64,000 nucleotides of DNA from assembly GCA_965223795.1 (NCBI GenBank), contig CBDCXL010000002.1, positions 512,001 to 576,000 of the forward strand, read 5' to 3'. The stretch's first letter is position 1. The number at the start of each line of letters is the position of its first letter. Shown here one piece after another: positions 21,543 to 30,862 of the stretch. A model generated the notes under the pieces. The model searched no databases. It was not told the DNA's origin and was given only the letters and a program-made list of their open reading frames with translations. The stretch is from Nitrospinales bacterium. Lineage in GTDB: Bacteria > Nitrospinota > Nitrospinia > Nitrospinales > VA-1. Position numbers and translations under genes: made by a program.

Positions 21543-22571
21543 TCACTGCATTTCCTTGAGGTGGGTCAATACCTGATCGAGCAGTTCCTTTGAAAACAGT
21601 TTGCCGGTGAGCTGTTTGCGGGCTGCGGTTCCGGCTTGATGGAAAGCGTCGTTCTCCGCTTTTGTAGGCGGGTCGGTGAGGGCGACGCCGTTTTTCTTCA
21701 TGATCTCGATGGAGCTTTCGTTGTCTTTCTGGATGATCTTCACCAGCTCCATCAGGTATTTTTTGCTGAGTTCCTTGAGCACGGATTTGCAGTCGGTGGG
21801 CAGGGCGTCGAACTTTTTCTTGGTGATCAGCACGCCGCCGGTGGCGTAGCCCATGCGCACGCGCGACATGTACTTGACCTTGGTGAACCACTGCAGCGCC
21901 AGGGCCCCCTGCGGCGAGGCGTACACGGTGTCGATCAGGTTGGTCTGCAGCGAGATCAGCACATCGGTGATGGACAGCGGAAAGGGCTTCACGTCCAGCG
22001 CGTCGTAGGTGGCCTGCACGAGCGGATCGCCTTCCCACATCCAGGGCTTGGTCTGTTTGATGTCATCGAGGGTCCTGATGTTCTGGTTGGAAAAGAAATG
22101 CACCCAGCCCACGGGCACCCAGCCCAGCAGCACGTAGCCCTTCTTTTCGTACTGCGCGGCGAAATAATCGTTCATCTTGAGATAGACGTGGCCGATCTGC
22201 TCATCGGTGTCGAACAGAAACGGCAGGTCCAGCACGCGCACTTCGGGAAGGATCTCGCCCATGCCGACGCCGGTGAAACCCGCGGCATGGATCTGGCCGA
22301 TGCGCATTTTGCGGATCACGTCCTTTTCGTCGCCGGAAACGCCGCCCGCGTAAAATTTGAACTTCACCTGGCCTTCGGTCTTCTCCTCCACCTCCTTGGA
22401 CAGGCGGTGCATGATCTTCATCCAGGCGGAACCCTCGGGCGCGAGGGTGGCGAACTTGATGCGGTGCTTTTTGGCGGCGTGGGATTCGGCGGGCGCCATC
22501 GCCGCCACAAGCAGCATGAGGCCGAGCGTGAGCAGCCAGCGGGAAAAGTGGATTTTCGATTGTGTGTTCAC
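21543..22571 (-). CDS. dctP: TRAP transporter substrate-binding protein DctP (TatP type)
   Basis: ATLAPEGSAW, GGVSGDEKDVIRKMRIGQ; adjacent to tatT. Confidence 0.9.
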   Translation of the reverse strand: MNTQSKIHFSRWLLTLGLMLLVAAMAPAESHAAKKHRIKFATLAPEGSAWMKIMHRLSKEVEEKTEGQVKFKFYAGGVSGDEKDVIRKMRIGQIHAAGFTGVGMGEILPEVRVLDLPFLFDTDEQIGHVYLKMNDYFAAQYEKKGYVLLGWVPVGWVHFFSNQNIRTLDDIKQTKPWMWEGDPLVQATYDALDVKPFPLSITDVLISLQTNLIDTVYASPQGALALQWFTKVKYMSRVRMGYATGGVLITKKKFDALPTDCKSVLKELSKKYLMELVKIIQKDNESSIEIMKKNGVALTDPPTKAENDAFHQAGTAARKQLTGKLFSKELLDQVLTHLKEMQ

Positions 22572-22602
22572 GGTATTTTCTTTTTAAAGGCGCGGCGGCG
22601 GT

Positions 22603-23466
22603 TCAGAACAGATCCTCGGCCTGCTTCGCCAGCCGGTCGGATTTCACTTTCGCCACTTCGTTGGCCAGCCGCCGCCCGGGCAAAACGTTTGCCGGAGTCT
22701 CATACACGCGGCTCAAAAGCTTTTCGAACAGCTCCACGTTCTGGTTCTGCACGGCGTAGGTTTTGGCATACAGGTAATGGGTCATCAGGAATTTATTTTC
22801 GGTCAGGGCCAGATTGCGCTCGAAATGAAAGCGGGCTTTTTCCGGATCGCCTCCCAAAAGTTTGCTGCGGCTGCCGTAGAACACGCCTAAAAACAGGTGC
22901 GGCCCGGCGGCATAATAGGTCTCGTCGAGCTTGAGCGCCGCCTTCATCACCGCTTCGATCTTCGACACGTCCGCGAATGCCTGCGGCTTATCCAGGCTCA
23001 ACATCAGCCAGCCGCCCCAGCACTGCCCCAGCCAGAACAGGGAGGGCAACTGATCCTTCTCCACGTTTCCGAGAGCGGTTTTGATTTCGTCCAGGCTTCT
23101 GTTTTCGAGCCCCTCGACACCGGCTTCCGCCGCGAGGGCGCGGGAGGCGTACTGGCGGCCCCTGAGATACATGGCCTGGGCGCGTCCCGGTTCGGTTTCC
23201 TCGAGGAAGCTGAACGCATAGCCGCAGTACCCTTCGGCCAGCCGGTTGAGCAGGAGCGGGTTGTCCGCGTCCTGTCTTAAAAAACCCTCCATCATTTTCA
23301 GGCTGGCAGGCATGGCCTTTTCGGCCAGTTGCGGGTCGTTTTCCTCCTGAATCGAGGCGTACTGCCCTTCGACCAGGGGCAGGGCCATTCTGAGCGCCAG
23401 CCTTTCGGTGGAGCAGCCCTGTGAAACGATTAAGAGTAGTAAAATCAACCCGGCGTTTCTTTTCAT
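22603..23466 (-). CDS. TRAP transporter TatT component lipoprotein
   Basis: Lipobox SQGC; helical repeats; GGDPEKARFHFE, NEVAK. Confidence 0.85.
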   Translation of the reverse strand: MKRNAGLILLLLIVSQGCSTERLALRMALPLVEGQYASIQEENDPQLAEKAMPASLKMMEGFLRQDADNPLLLNRLAEGYCGYAFSFLEETEPGRAQAMYLRGRQYASRALAAEAGVEGLENRSLDEIKTALGNVEKDQLPSLFWLGQCWGGWLMLSLDKPQAFADVSKIEAVMKAALKLDETYYAAGPHLFLGVFYGSRSKLLGGDPEKARFHFERNLALTENKFLMTHYLYAKTYAVQNQNVELFEKLLSRVYETPANVLPGRRLANEVAKVKSDRLAKQAEDLF

Positions 23467-23587
23467 AGGTCGTTCATGTTACCAAAACCTTGCACCCCCA
23501 ACAACCGTTTGCGGTTGTTTGACATAAAATAGCCCTTTTGTTACCATTCGGCTGGAGCCGTACAGCAAGGGTATTTTTTCAGGAGCC

Positions 23588-23821
23588 ATGCGATTGAGTT
23601 CCGATAACGCCACCCAGGATACCGGGATGCGGCGCATGAAACGGGTTCTTTTCGGCATCGGCGGCGTGTTCGTAGTGATCGGCATCGTCCGTCAGTGGCC
23701 GGTGTGGGGCAAGAGCTACCGGGAATTCATCGAGGGCGACGGCTACCTCGCGCTGATGCTGGGATTGATCGTGATCGTCCTGGGGTTTTCGGTGCGGCTG
23801 TTCACCGGCGGCGAATCCTGA
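23588..23821 (+). CDS. Small two-TM hypothetical protein (start may be 23636)
   Basis: Two hydrophobic helices, typical codon usage. Confidence 0.6.
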   Translation: MRLSSDNATQDTGMRRMKRVLFGIGGVFVVIGIVRQWPVWGKSYREFIEGDGYLALMLGLIVIVLGFSVRLFTGGES

Positions 23822-23879
23822 ACGTTTCGCCAGCGGGCGGCGCCGCAGTTTCATCCACCAACAGCAAAAGGCTGAAGAC

Positions 23880-24263
23880 ATGGAAACGGAAGGCGAAGGT
23901 TTCATCATCAAGGACAAACGCTCCTCGCAGCTTTCCGAGGAAGAGGCGGCATCGCAGAAAGAGCCCGAACGGGCAAAAGAACCGGAAGCCGAACCGCAGG
24001 CCGCAGGAGAACAGAATTTTCAGATCGATTTTTCCACGTTCGTGCTTTCCCTGACCTCATCGGCGTTTTACCACCTGGGAGACATGCCCGACCCCAGCAC
24101 GGGCAAAACCGAGACCAACCTGCCCGCGGTGCAGCAGACCATCGACATGCTGATCATGCTCAAAGAGAAAACGCAGGGCAACCTGACCGCCGACGAAGGC
24201 AAGCTTCTGGATCAACTGGTGTATGAACTGCAGATGAAGTATCTGGAAAAGACGAAAAAATGA
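23880..24263 (+). CDS. DUF1844 domain protein
   Basis: FSTFVLSL...LGDMPDP...IDMLIMLKEKTQGNL. Confidence 0.88.
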   Translation: METEGEGFIIKDKRSSQLSEEEAASQKEPERAKEPEAEPQAAGEQNFQIDFSTFVLSLTSSAFYHLGDMPDPSTGKTETNLPAVQQTIDMLIMLKEKTQGNLTADEGKLLDQLVYELQMKYLEKTKK

Positions 24264-24306
24264 CACCCCGCCGCTGGCGGCCCCCTCCTCCCCGGATTTT
24301 CCCGGA

Positions 24307-25371
24307 TCAGTAAATCAAAAGAAACATCAGGTGGTAGACGATCAGCACGATCAGCAGGCTGGATAGCACGATGTGCGAGCCGAGCCACCACCTGAGCACC
24401 CATTGCAGGCTGTGGTGGATGTCGAGCTGGTGCTTTTCGAAGCACAGGCTGCGGATGGTGTCGAGAACGCGGCGTTCTTCTTTTTTGAGGAACAGGGTGA
24501 CGGTGTCGAATTTGTGGCTGAATCCCGTGTTTCCCAGGTACCCGGAAAACAGCAGCGAACGCTGGAAGCAGACGCCCTTGAAATGCGGCAACACCTCCTG
24601 CTCGCAGAAGCTGGACAGGGTCTTTGAAAGCTGGTTCCTCGATTTGAGATCTTCCAGGAGGGAAAGGACGTCCTCCCGCAGGCACTCGATGCGGAAGGGA
24701 ATGGTTTCGTAGACCGCTTCGCAGTCGAGGCTGGAGAGCTTGAGCGGAATCCACTTTTGCAGCACCAGCCCGGCCAGCGAAGTCAGCAGCAGAACGATCT
24801 GCGTGTAAAAAAGGATGTTGGAAAACAAGCCCACGGGAGCCTGAAAGTTGATGTGGGACAACAGAATGAGCGACACCGCCGCCCCGGCGTAGATATGAAA
24901 CTGCCTCCAGTTTCTCGAAAGGCCCAACGCGGCGAACGGGGCCAGCTTTTTCCTGAGGCTGTACAGCGCGCAGATGAGCACCAGCGTCACCATGAGCGAC
25001 CCGGTGATGATCTTTTCGGTTTCAAAATCCAGACGCCGGTCGATGGCGAAATATCCGGAAAACAGGACCTGCATCGAGGCGAGGGACACAATGCCGAGGT
25101 AGTGGCTCCGGGGCAGCAGGCGTTTGTTGACCTGCGCGAACAGCAGCACATACGCGCCCAGAAAACAATACAGATGCGCCCCGAAGACGTTCGCATCCAG
25201 AAATTCATCCACGATCATTCCGACGGCAAGGCAAGCGAGAAACCCAAGTCCCCAGTTTCGCACAATGCCGGACAGGCTGAGTCTCGGTCCGCTGCTGTGC
25301 GCGGCGCGCATTCCCCAGGTTTCCTTAAAGGAAACGGGGCTGGTCTTTTCGGGTTTGAGGATCGCTTTCAT
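24307..25371 (-). CDS. Integral membrane protein, putative di-heme cytochrome b (ferric reductase/NOX-like TM domain)
   Basis: Two TM helices, each with a His pair spaced H-x13-H (HIYAGAAVSLILLSH; HIVLSSLLIVLIVYH). Confidence 0.7.
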   Translation of the reverse strand: MKAILKPEKTSPVSFKETWGMRAAHSSGPRLSLSGIVRNWGLGFLACLAVGMIVDEFLDANVFGAHLYCFLGAYVLLFAQVNKRLLPRSHYLGIVSLASMQVLFSGYFAIDRRLDFETEKIITGSLMVTLVLICALYSLRKKLAPFAALGLSRNWRQFHIYAGAAVSLILLSHINFQAPVGLFSNILFYTQIVLLLTSLAGLVLQKWIPLKLSSLDCEAVYETIPFRIECLREDVLSLLEDLKSRNQLSKTLSSFCEQEVLPHFKGVCFQRSLLFSGYLGNTGFSHKFDTVTLFLKKEERRVLDTIRSLCFEKHQLDIHHSLQWVLRWWLGSHIVLSSLLIVLIVYHLMFLLIY

Positions 25372-25420
25372 CGCATTCGTTGCGGCGGGACGGGTGCGTC
25401 CGCCGGTTTTAAATTCAACG

Positions 25421-28063
25421 TCACTGCTGTTGCACGCCGTTTTCCGGCAGGTTCACGGTTCCTGCAATTGCGTCCCGCCCGGGACTGAAGATCTCTTCGA
25501 AGGACAGCCGGTGCAGCGCATCGGTGGGACAGGCGCGCACGCAGGCGGGGCTGCCCGTCTCCACGCACAGGTCGCACTTCATGGCCTTGACCACCGGTTC
25601 GTTCGCCGGTCCCGCTGTCTTGTACTCGACCGTACCGTCGCCGGCGACGGATTCGGCGACGGGCAGGGAAACGATGTTGTCGTAGATGCAGTTTTCCTGG
25701 CACAGCGTGCACCCCACGCAGGTGTCCAGGTCGATCAGCACTTCGCCTTTTTCGTGCGAACGGTACAACGCGCCGCTGGGACAGCCGATCATGCAGACGG
25801 GATCCTGGCAGTGCATGCAGGCATGCGGAAACAGCAGGTTGCCGAATTTACTGCCTTCGCGCACGAAGCGGGGGGTGCCCTCGTGGGAATCGGCGCAGGC
25901 CTGCACGCAGTCGTCGCAGCGGGTGCAGCGGTCGAGGTTGATGACCATGATGCTCTGCCCGTTGAGCAGCTGGTTTTCGATGCCGTAATTGAGCAGCGAC
26001 CGGTCCCCCACCTGGGTTTCCAGCGATTTGATCATCTCGCTGCGAAAGCGGGCGGCCCAGGTGATTTTCTCGCGCACCGCTTCGATGGCGAACAGCTTTT
26101 GCAAAAGCTCAGGATCGAGCCTCAGGACCTGCACGTTGTTGTCGGCGGTCGCGGAATAAGCCATGCCGCCGCCTTCGGCCAGCGGCGCGGCTCCGACGAA
26201 ATCGCCCGTTTCCAGGTAATCGAAATTCAGCTCCTTCTCCTGCATTTTTTTGGAGAGGCGCACGAACCCGGCGAGGATGATGTAAAACGCGTCGTCGCAC
26301 TGGTTTTCATCGACAATGCGGTCGCCGGGCTTGAAGGACAACAGACCGGCGTCGCGGATCAGGGTTTCCTGCAGCCCGGTCCCGCATTCGGCGAACAGCT
26401 CGGCGTTTTTGACGTAACGGGATAGCGTCTGCTGGCGGAAATGGTTTTCGATGTACTTCTGCACGTTGCGGCTGATGCGGGACAGCCCCCTGAGCGCCTG
26501 GATCTTGATTTCCAGCGCGTGTACCGGCTTATCGAAGCCGGGATCGCTGATGACGGTGGCGGTGCGGTACGACCGGAACAGCACGGACAGCTCGCCGATC
26601 AGCTCGCCGGGGCCGAGGGTTGCCGTCTTGTCTTCGCACACCGGAGCGCCGTCGCGGTTTAAAACGGTTTCGGGAAGAAAGAACGGGTGCCGGGCGCGGC
26701 CTTCGCGGTCGCAGCCGTAGGCGTCCACGTCGTAATCCCGCTGCGAAAACCGGACGTCCCGTGTGGTGATCAGCTCGTGGCCGCGGGGATTTTTTTTCAG
26801 CAGCGCCTTGAGGCGTTCGAACACCGTCCGCTTCCTCTGCGGCTTTCTGCCGAGCTGGGTCAGGTCCAAAGGTTCCAGATACACGCGCGCCCGGCCTTCG
26901 AGGATGAAAAACGCGGAGTCGCCGTACTCGCCTTCGCGGACGATCACTTCACCGGGAGCGTAGCGCCGGTGGACGATGTGCGGCAGCAGCTCTTCGAGCT
27001 TGATGGGGCACAGGTCCGCAAACAGATCGATCGAATGCACTTCCTCCAGCGTCGCCGCGTGCGGCGGCATCGGCGTCCGGGAAGGCAAAAACGCCTCCTT
27101 GTGGCAGCGGGCGGAAGCGATGCCCTGTTCTTTGGCGCAGGACAGCGTGCGGTCCATCAAAGATTCCGGACCGCAGGTGTAGACGGACACTTCTCCCTTG
27201 AGCACGGTGAGCGATTGCGCGATCGCTTTTTCGTGGATCCTCCCGGTCTCGCCTTTCCAGCCGGGATCGGGCTGGCTCAGGAACAGCCTGAGCACGAAAT
27301 TGGGATTCTGCCGCTCCAGTTCCTTCAGTTCGTTCCAAAAGACGAGATCCCTTACGCTGCGGGCGCCGTAAAGCAGAATGATTTTCCCGGCAGAACCTGT
27401 GGCGGTGCGCGAACGCAGCATGCTCATGAGCGGCGTGATGCCCACCCCCGCGCCGACGAGCAGCACGTCCTCGGCGCTGTCCGGATCGAGGGTGAAGCCG
27501 CCGCGGGGACGCTTGAGATGCACCGTGTCGCCTTCCCTGAGATTGAAGTGAAGGTGACTGCTGACCCGCCCCTGCGGTTTCCGTTTGACGGTGATCTCCA
27601 GATAATCCTTCTCGAAACAGGAAGAGGAGATGGAATAGCAGCGGTAACTCTTGCGCTCGTTGACGTGCGTGGACAAGGTGACGAACTGGCCGGGAAGAAA
27701 ATCGAAATTGCCGCCCTCCTCAAGAACGAGGTGGTAGGACTGAACGTCCGGGGTGCGCGGGATCACCCGCACGACCCGCGCCGGCCATTCCTTTTCCTCG
27801 TACGTGGTGTGGCACACCAGATCGGACCGGGGGTGGGACACGCAGGCAAGCACGGTCTCTCCCTGTTCCGGGTGGACGGACGCGGAGCTGCCCGTGCCCT
27901 GCACTTCCCCTTCGATTCTCCGTATGGTGCAGGTTCCGCAGTCGCCCTTGCGGCAGCTGTACGGAATGTCGATGCCCGCCCGCTCGGAGGCCTCGAGGAT
28001 GGTCATCCCCTCCGGAACTTCGATGGTCTTTTGAATGTCGTGAAACAGGATCTGATACGACAT
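25421..28063 (-). CDS. Multidomain [2Fe-2S]-FAD/NAD(P)H reductase-cNMP-cNMP-4x[4Fe-4S] protein
   Basis: CRKGDCGTC...C; RCYSISS; GAGVGITP; CGP; two cNMP domains; CTRCDDCVQAC, CMHCQDPVC, CVGCTLCQENC, CDLC...CVRACP; no signal peptide. Confidence 0.9.
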   Translation of the reverse strand: MSYQILFHDIQKTIEVPEGMTILEASERAGIDIPYSCRKGDCGTCTIRRIEGEVQGTGSSASVHPEQGETVLACVSHPRSDLVCHTTYEEKEWPARVVRVIPRTPDVQSYHLVLEEGGNFDFLPGQFVTLSTHVNERKSYRCYSISSSCFEKDYLEITVKRKPQGRVSSHLHFNLREGDTVHLKRPRGGFTLDPDSAEDVLLVGAGVGITPLMSMLRSRTATGSAGKIILLYGARSVRDLVFWNELKELERQNPNFVLRLFLSQPDPGWKGETGRIHEKAIAQSLTVLKGEVSVYTCGPESLMDRTLSCAKEQGIASARCHKEAFLPSRTPMPPHAATLEEVHSIDLFADLCPIKLEELLPHIVHRRYAPGEVIVREGEYGDSAFFILEGRARVYLEPLDLTQLGRKPQRKRTVFERLKALLKKNPRGHELITTRDVRFSQRDYDVDAYGCDREGRARHPFFLPETVLNRDGAPVCEDKTATLGPGELIGELSVLFRSYRTATVISDPGFDKPVHALEIKIQALRGLSRISRNVQKYIENHFRQQTLSRYVKNAELFAECGTGLQETLIRDAGLLSFKPGDRIVDENQCDDAFYIILAGFVRLSKKMQEKELNFDYLETGDFVGAAPLAEGGGMAYSATADNNVQVLRLDPELLQKLFAIEAVREKITWAARFRSEMIKSLETQVGDRSLLNYGIENQLLNGQSIMVINLDRCTRCDDCVQACADSHEGTPRFVREGSKFGNLLFPHACMHCQDPVCMIGCPSGALYRSHEKGEVLIDLDTCVGCTLCQENCIYDNIVSLPVAESVAGDGTVEYKTAGPANEPVVKAMKCDLCVETGSPACVRACPTDALHRLSFEEIFSPGRDAIAGTVNLPENGVQQQ

Positions 28064-28086
28064 CGGGTTTCCTCTTGGTTCCCGGT

Positions 28087-29421
28087 TCAACGGATTTCGC
28101 CCCCGGGCGTGTCTTTTTTGCTGCCGGCCGCGATCAGAGTCGATAGCTTGGCCGGGTCGGGTTTTTTATGAAACAGGTGACAGTGAGTGCACTCGTTTTT
28201 CACGCTGCGCTTGTTGTGGCAGTTGAAGCAATGTTTCTTCTCCACCAGGATGTTGCGGTCCTCCAGGCCTTCGCTGCTTAAAATCGACTCGTGGCACTGT
28301 TCACAGCCCACACGGGCGTGTTTTTTGTGCGGGAATACTTTGTTGGATGCGGAGTCCGGATGCGGCAATACCGGAGTCAGCGACACCGCCGCCGTGATGG
28401 CCACCGCCCCGGCTTTGTGCGGCTCTTTTTCCGCATCGGCCACGGTATGGCATTTCAAGCAATTGAGTGTGGCGCCCTTGCGCCCCTGCGAGAGGATGTC
28501 TTCCACCTGCTCCGGCGAAACGCCCTCTCTGGAAAACCAGTATTTCAGGTAGGGGTCTTTGTGCACGGGCACGTATTTGAACGCCGCCGGCCGCCGTCTT
28601 CGCTTGTTGCCCTTGCGGTACTCGAAGCGGGAGAGAAAAGTGTCGAAGGATTCCACGCCGAACTTGCCGACCACATCCTCGATGGATTGGGCCAGCTGTT
28701 CGGCTTTCTCGGCGCTGAATACTTTGGTCAACATCAGCTCCTGATGCGGGTGGCATTCCCTGCAGTCGGCGTTGAAATCGATCGCCTTGAAATCCACGAA
28801 CCCCTGGCCGGAATCGAGGTTGTGGCACAGGACGCATTCTTTCTCGAAACTGCTGTTCATTTTTTCGGAATAGCGCTCGTTGATTTGATGCGTCTTGTGG
28901 CTGAACTGAAGTCCGATGCCTTTCAGGTTCTGGGCTTCCAGCTTTTTCGGATTGAAGTCGGGGTGGTCGCGGTCCGCGTCGTGGATGGAATGGCAGTCCC
29001 GGCACGGCCGGTCGGCGACCTGGGCCAGGCGGGCCTCGCGGCCCCGGTGCTCGATGTGGCAGTCCACGCAGTAACGCTGCCGGATCTTGCGTTCCTCAAC
29101 ACCGGGCTTGCGGTGGCTGGAAACGTGAAACTTGAGCGGCTTGTCGTCGATGTGGCAGCGGACGCACTGTTCTTCCATCGCCGCCTCGGCGCGGGTCCAG
29201 TTCTGCGTGTGGCAGGTGTTGCACTGACTGCCCAGCGTGGCGTGGGATGAGGAAAGCGGCCCCTCTCCCGCGAAAAAATTGGTTCCGGCAAACAAATCGA
29301 GTCCAAAGAAAATCAGGGTGACGACGATGATGACCGCAATCGGTTTGAGCAGCCGCGGCGACTGACGCGGCGGGTTGTAGCGGTTCGGGAATCGTGTTTT
29401 GTTTTTTCTTTCGAAAGGCAT
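28087..29421 (-). CDS. Membrane-anchored decaheme c-type cytochrome
   Basis: 10 CxxCH motifs (CNTCH, CVRCH, CVDCH, CRDCH, CVLCH, CRECH, CLKCH, CEQCH, CFNCH, CTHCH); N-terminal TM helix. Confidence 0.92.
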   Translation of the reverse strand: MPFERKNKTRFPNRYNPPRQSPRLLKPIAVIIVVTLIFFGLDLFAGTNFFAGEGPLSSSHATLGSQCNTCHTQNWTRAEAAMEEQCVRCHIDDKPLKFHVSSHRKPGVEERKIRQRYCVDCHIEHRGREARLAQVADRPCRDCHSIHDADRDHPDFNPKKLEAQNLKGIGLQFSHKTHQINERYSEKMNSSFEKECVLCHNLDSGQGFVDFKAIDFNADCRECHPHQELMLTKVFSAEKAEQLAQSIEDVVGKFGVESFDTFLSRFEYRKGNKRRRRPAAFKYVPVHKDPYLKYWFSREGVSPEQVEDILSQGRKGATLNCLKCHTVADAEKEPHKAGAVAITAAVSLTPVLPHPDSASNKVFPHKKHARVGCEQCHESILSSEGLEDRNILVEKKHCFNCHNKRSVKNECTHCHLFHKKPDPAKLSTLIAAGSKKDTPGGEIR

Positions 29422-29751
29422 GCTCGGCTTCTTCTGAAAAAATTCCCGAAAATGGACTTCTGGCCTCTACGCCGCCCGGCAGCTCCCGGCCCAAGCTAAT
29501 GGAAATCTATTTTCTAGTCTTATAAAGTTATATAAAGTTTGAGCTTATGCAATCCCTCGAACCAGTGAATTTTCAATTTCGCAGCATTTTTATTCGATTG
29601 ACAATATTTACATTTACATCATTTTTTCGGCGCGCAATATCGCCCATCCGATTTTGATCGATCGCGGATGCGGCGGGCCCGGAAACGCCGCTTTCGGGAA
29701 ACAAGCTCTTTCAAATCAAGCCGGTTTCACATCCCGCCCCGGCGCCGGGGC

Positions 29752-30732
29752 TCAATCTTTTTTGATGCGGACGTAATCTTTTTCTTCGGGGAAGGGAAAC
29801 ACGCTCAATTGGGCGGCGGTCAAATTCTGCTTGTCGATTTCTTCAATGTAGGTTTTGACGGCCTGTTTCACTTCCTCCGTCACGGAACCGGCCAGCCCCG
29901 GATCGGCCGCGACCTTGCCCGTCACCGTGATGAGTCCTTCCAGGTTCGCGGAAGGCAGGGCGTTCTGGATCGTCTTCAGATCCTGGTGGCATTGATTCAA
30001 AATAGCCTGGTTCTTCTTGAAAAATTCGCTGCCGGGGGACGCTTCGGCGAGCCTTTCGATCGCGAACTGAACCTGAAAGGCCTTGTCCGCGATCCAGATC
30101 TTGCCGATCTTGCGGGTCGTCTTTTTATCCAGGTTTCCTTCCTCTTTATCCTTTTTGCTCCACGCCCAGTGCTTGAAGTCGCCCTGGCTGTAGCGGATCA
30201 GTTCGAATTTATCGCCGATCTTGTGCCCGGCCTTGAAGTAGTCCTCGCCCACACCGCGGTGGCAGTTGAAGCAGTCGATCGACCACTGGTACAGATCCCG
30301 TGTGGGGCGCATGCCCTTGTCCACCGCTTCGCTGATCTTGCCTTTTTTGTCGTGGACCTCGATCCACTCCTCGGCGGGGTTGTGGCAGGTTTCGCAGATC
30401 ACGCCGAACAGCCCTTTTTCCTCCTCGGTCAGCTTTTCATAATTGGACGCGACTTCGGTGCCGTGGCAGCGGATGCATTTTTCATCTTCAAAATGATCGG
30501 CCACCTGCATCTTGTCGGCGATCTTCTGGCCTTCCTCCTCGTACTTTTCGTTGAAAAAGGTTTCATGGGGGTGATTGAGCAACTTATCGAAGATACTTTG
30601 ATGGCAGTTGGAGTCGGAACACTGTTTGGGGCCGACGATCTTATTGCCGGAATACACCGGTGACGCTGCAAGCAATAGGAATAACAACACCGCACACCCC
30701 TGCAATGCAATCTGGAACTTTTGTGCCATCAT
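29752..30732 (-). CDS. Periplasmic multiheme cytochrome c, c554-like (3 CxxCH + 1 CX4CH)
   Basis: Signal peptide; CSDSNCH, CIRCH, CETCH, CFNCH; AGGAGG RBS. Confidence 0.88.
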   Translation of the reverse strand: MMAQKFQIALQGCAVLLFLLLAASPVYSGNKIVGPKQCSDSNCHQSIFDKLLNHPHETFFNEKYEEEGQKIADKMQVADHFEDEKCIRCHGTEVASNYEKLTEEEKGLFGVICETCHNPAEEWIEVHDKKGKISEAVDKGMRPTRDLYQWSIDCFNCHRGVGEDYFKAGHKIGDKFELIRYSQGDFKHWAWSKKDKEEGNLDKKTTRKIGKIWIADKAFQVQFAIERLAEASPGSEFFKKNQAILNQCHQDLKTIQNALPSANLEGLITVTGKVAADPGLAGSVTEEVKQAVKTYIEEIDKQNLTAAQLSVFPFPEEKDYVRIKKD

Positions 30733-30862
30733 TGAAGAGTCCTCCTTTCTTGATTGGATCCTGGAGAACAGAGTTGCCCGGGTACTGCCATGACTCTGTC
30801 AGGCCGGTTGCGGCCCCGTTTTAATTGAACAAACAAATCTGTAGAACAAAGCGGACCGCGGG

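Noticed and set aside
30770..30795. sigma54 promoter (TGGCAG-N5-GGGCA) before the c554-like gene
   Set aside because: The -12 element lacks TT; a match this weak is expected by chance
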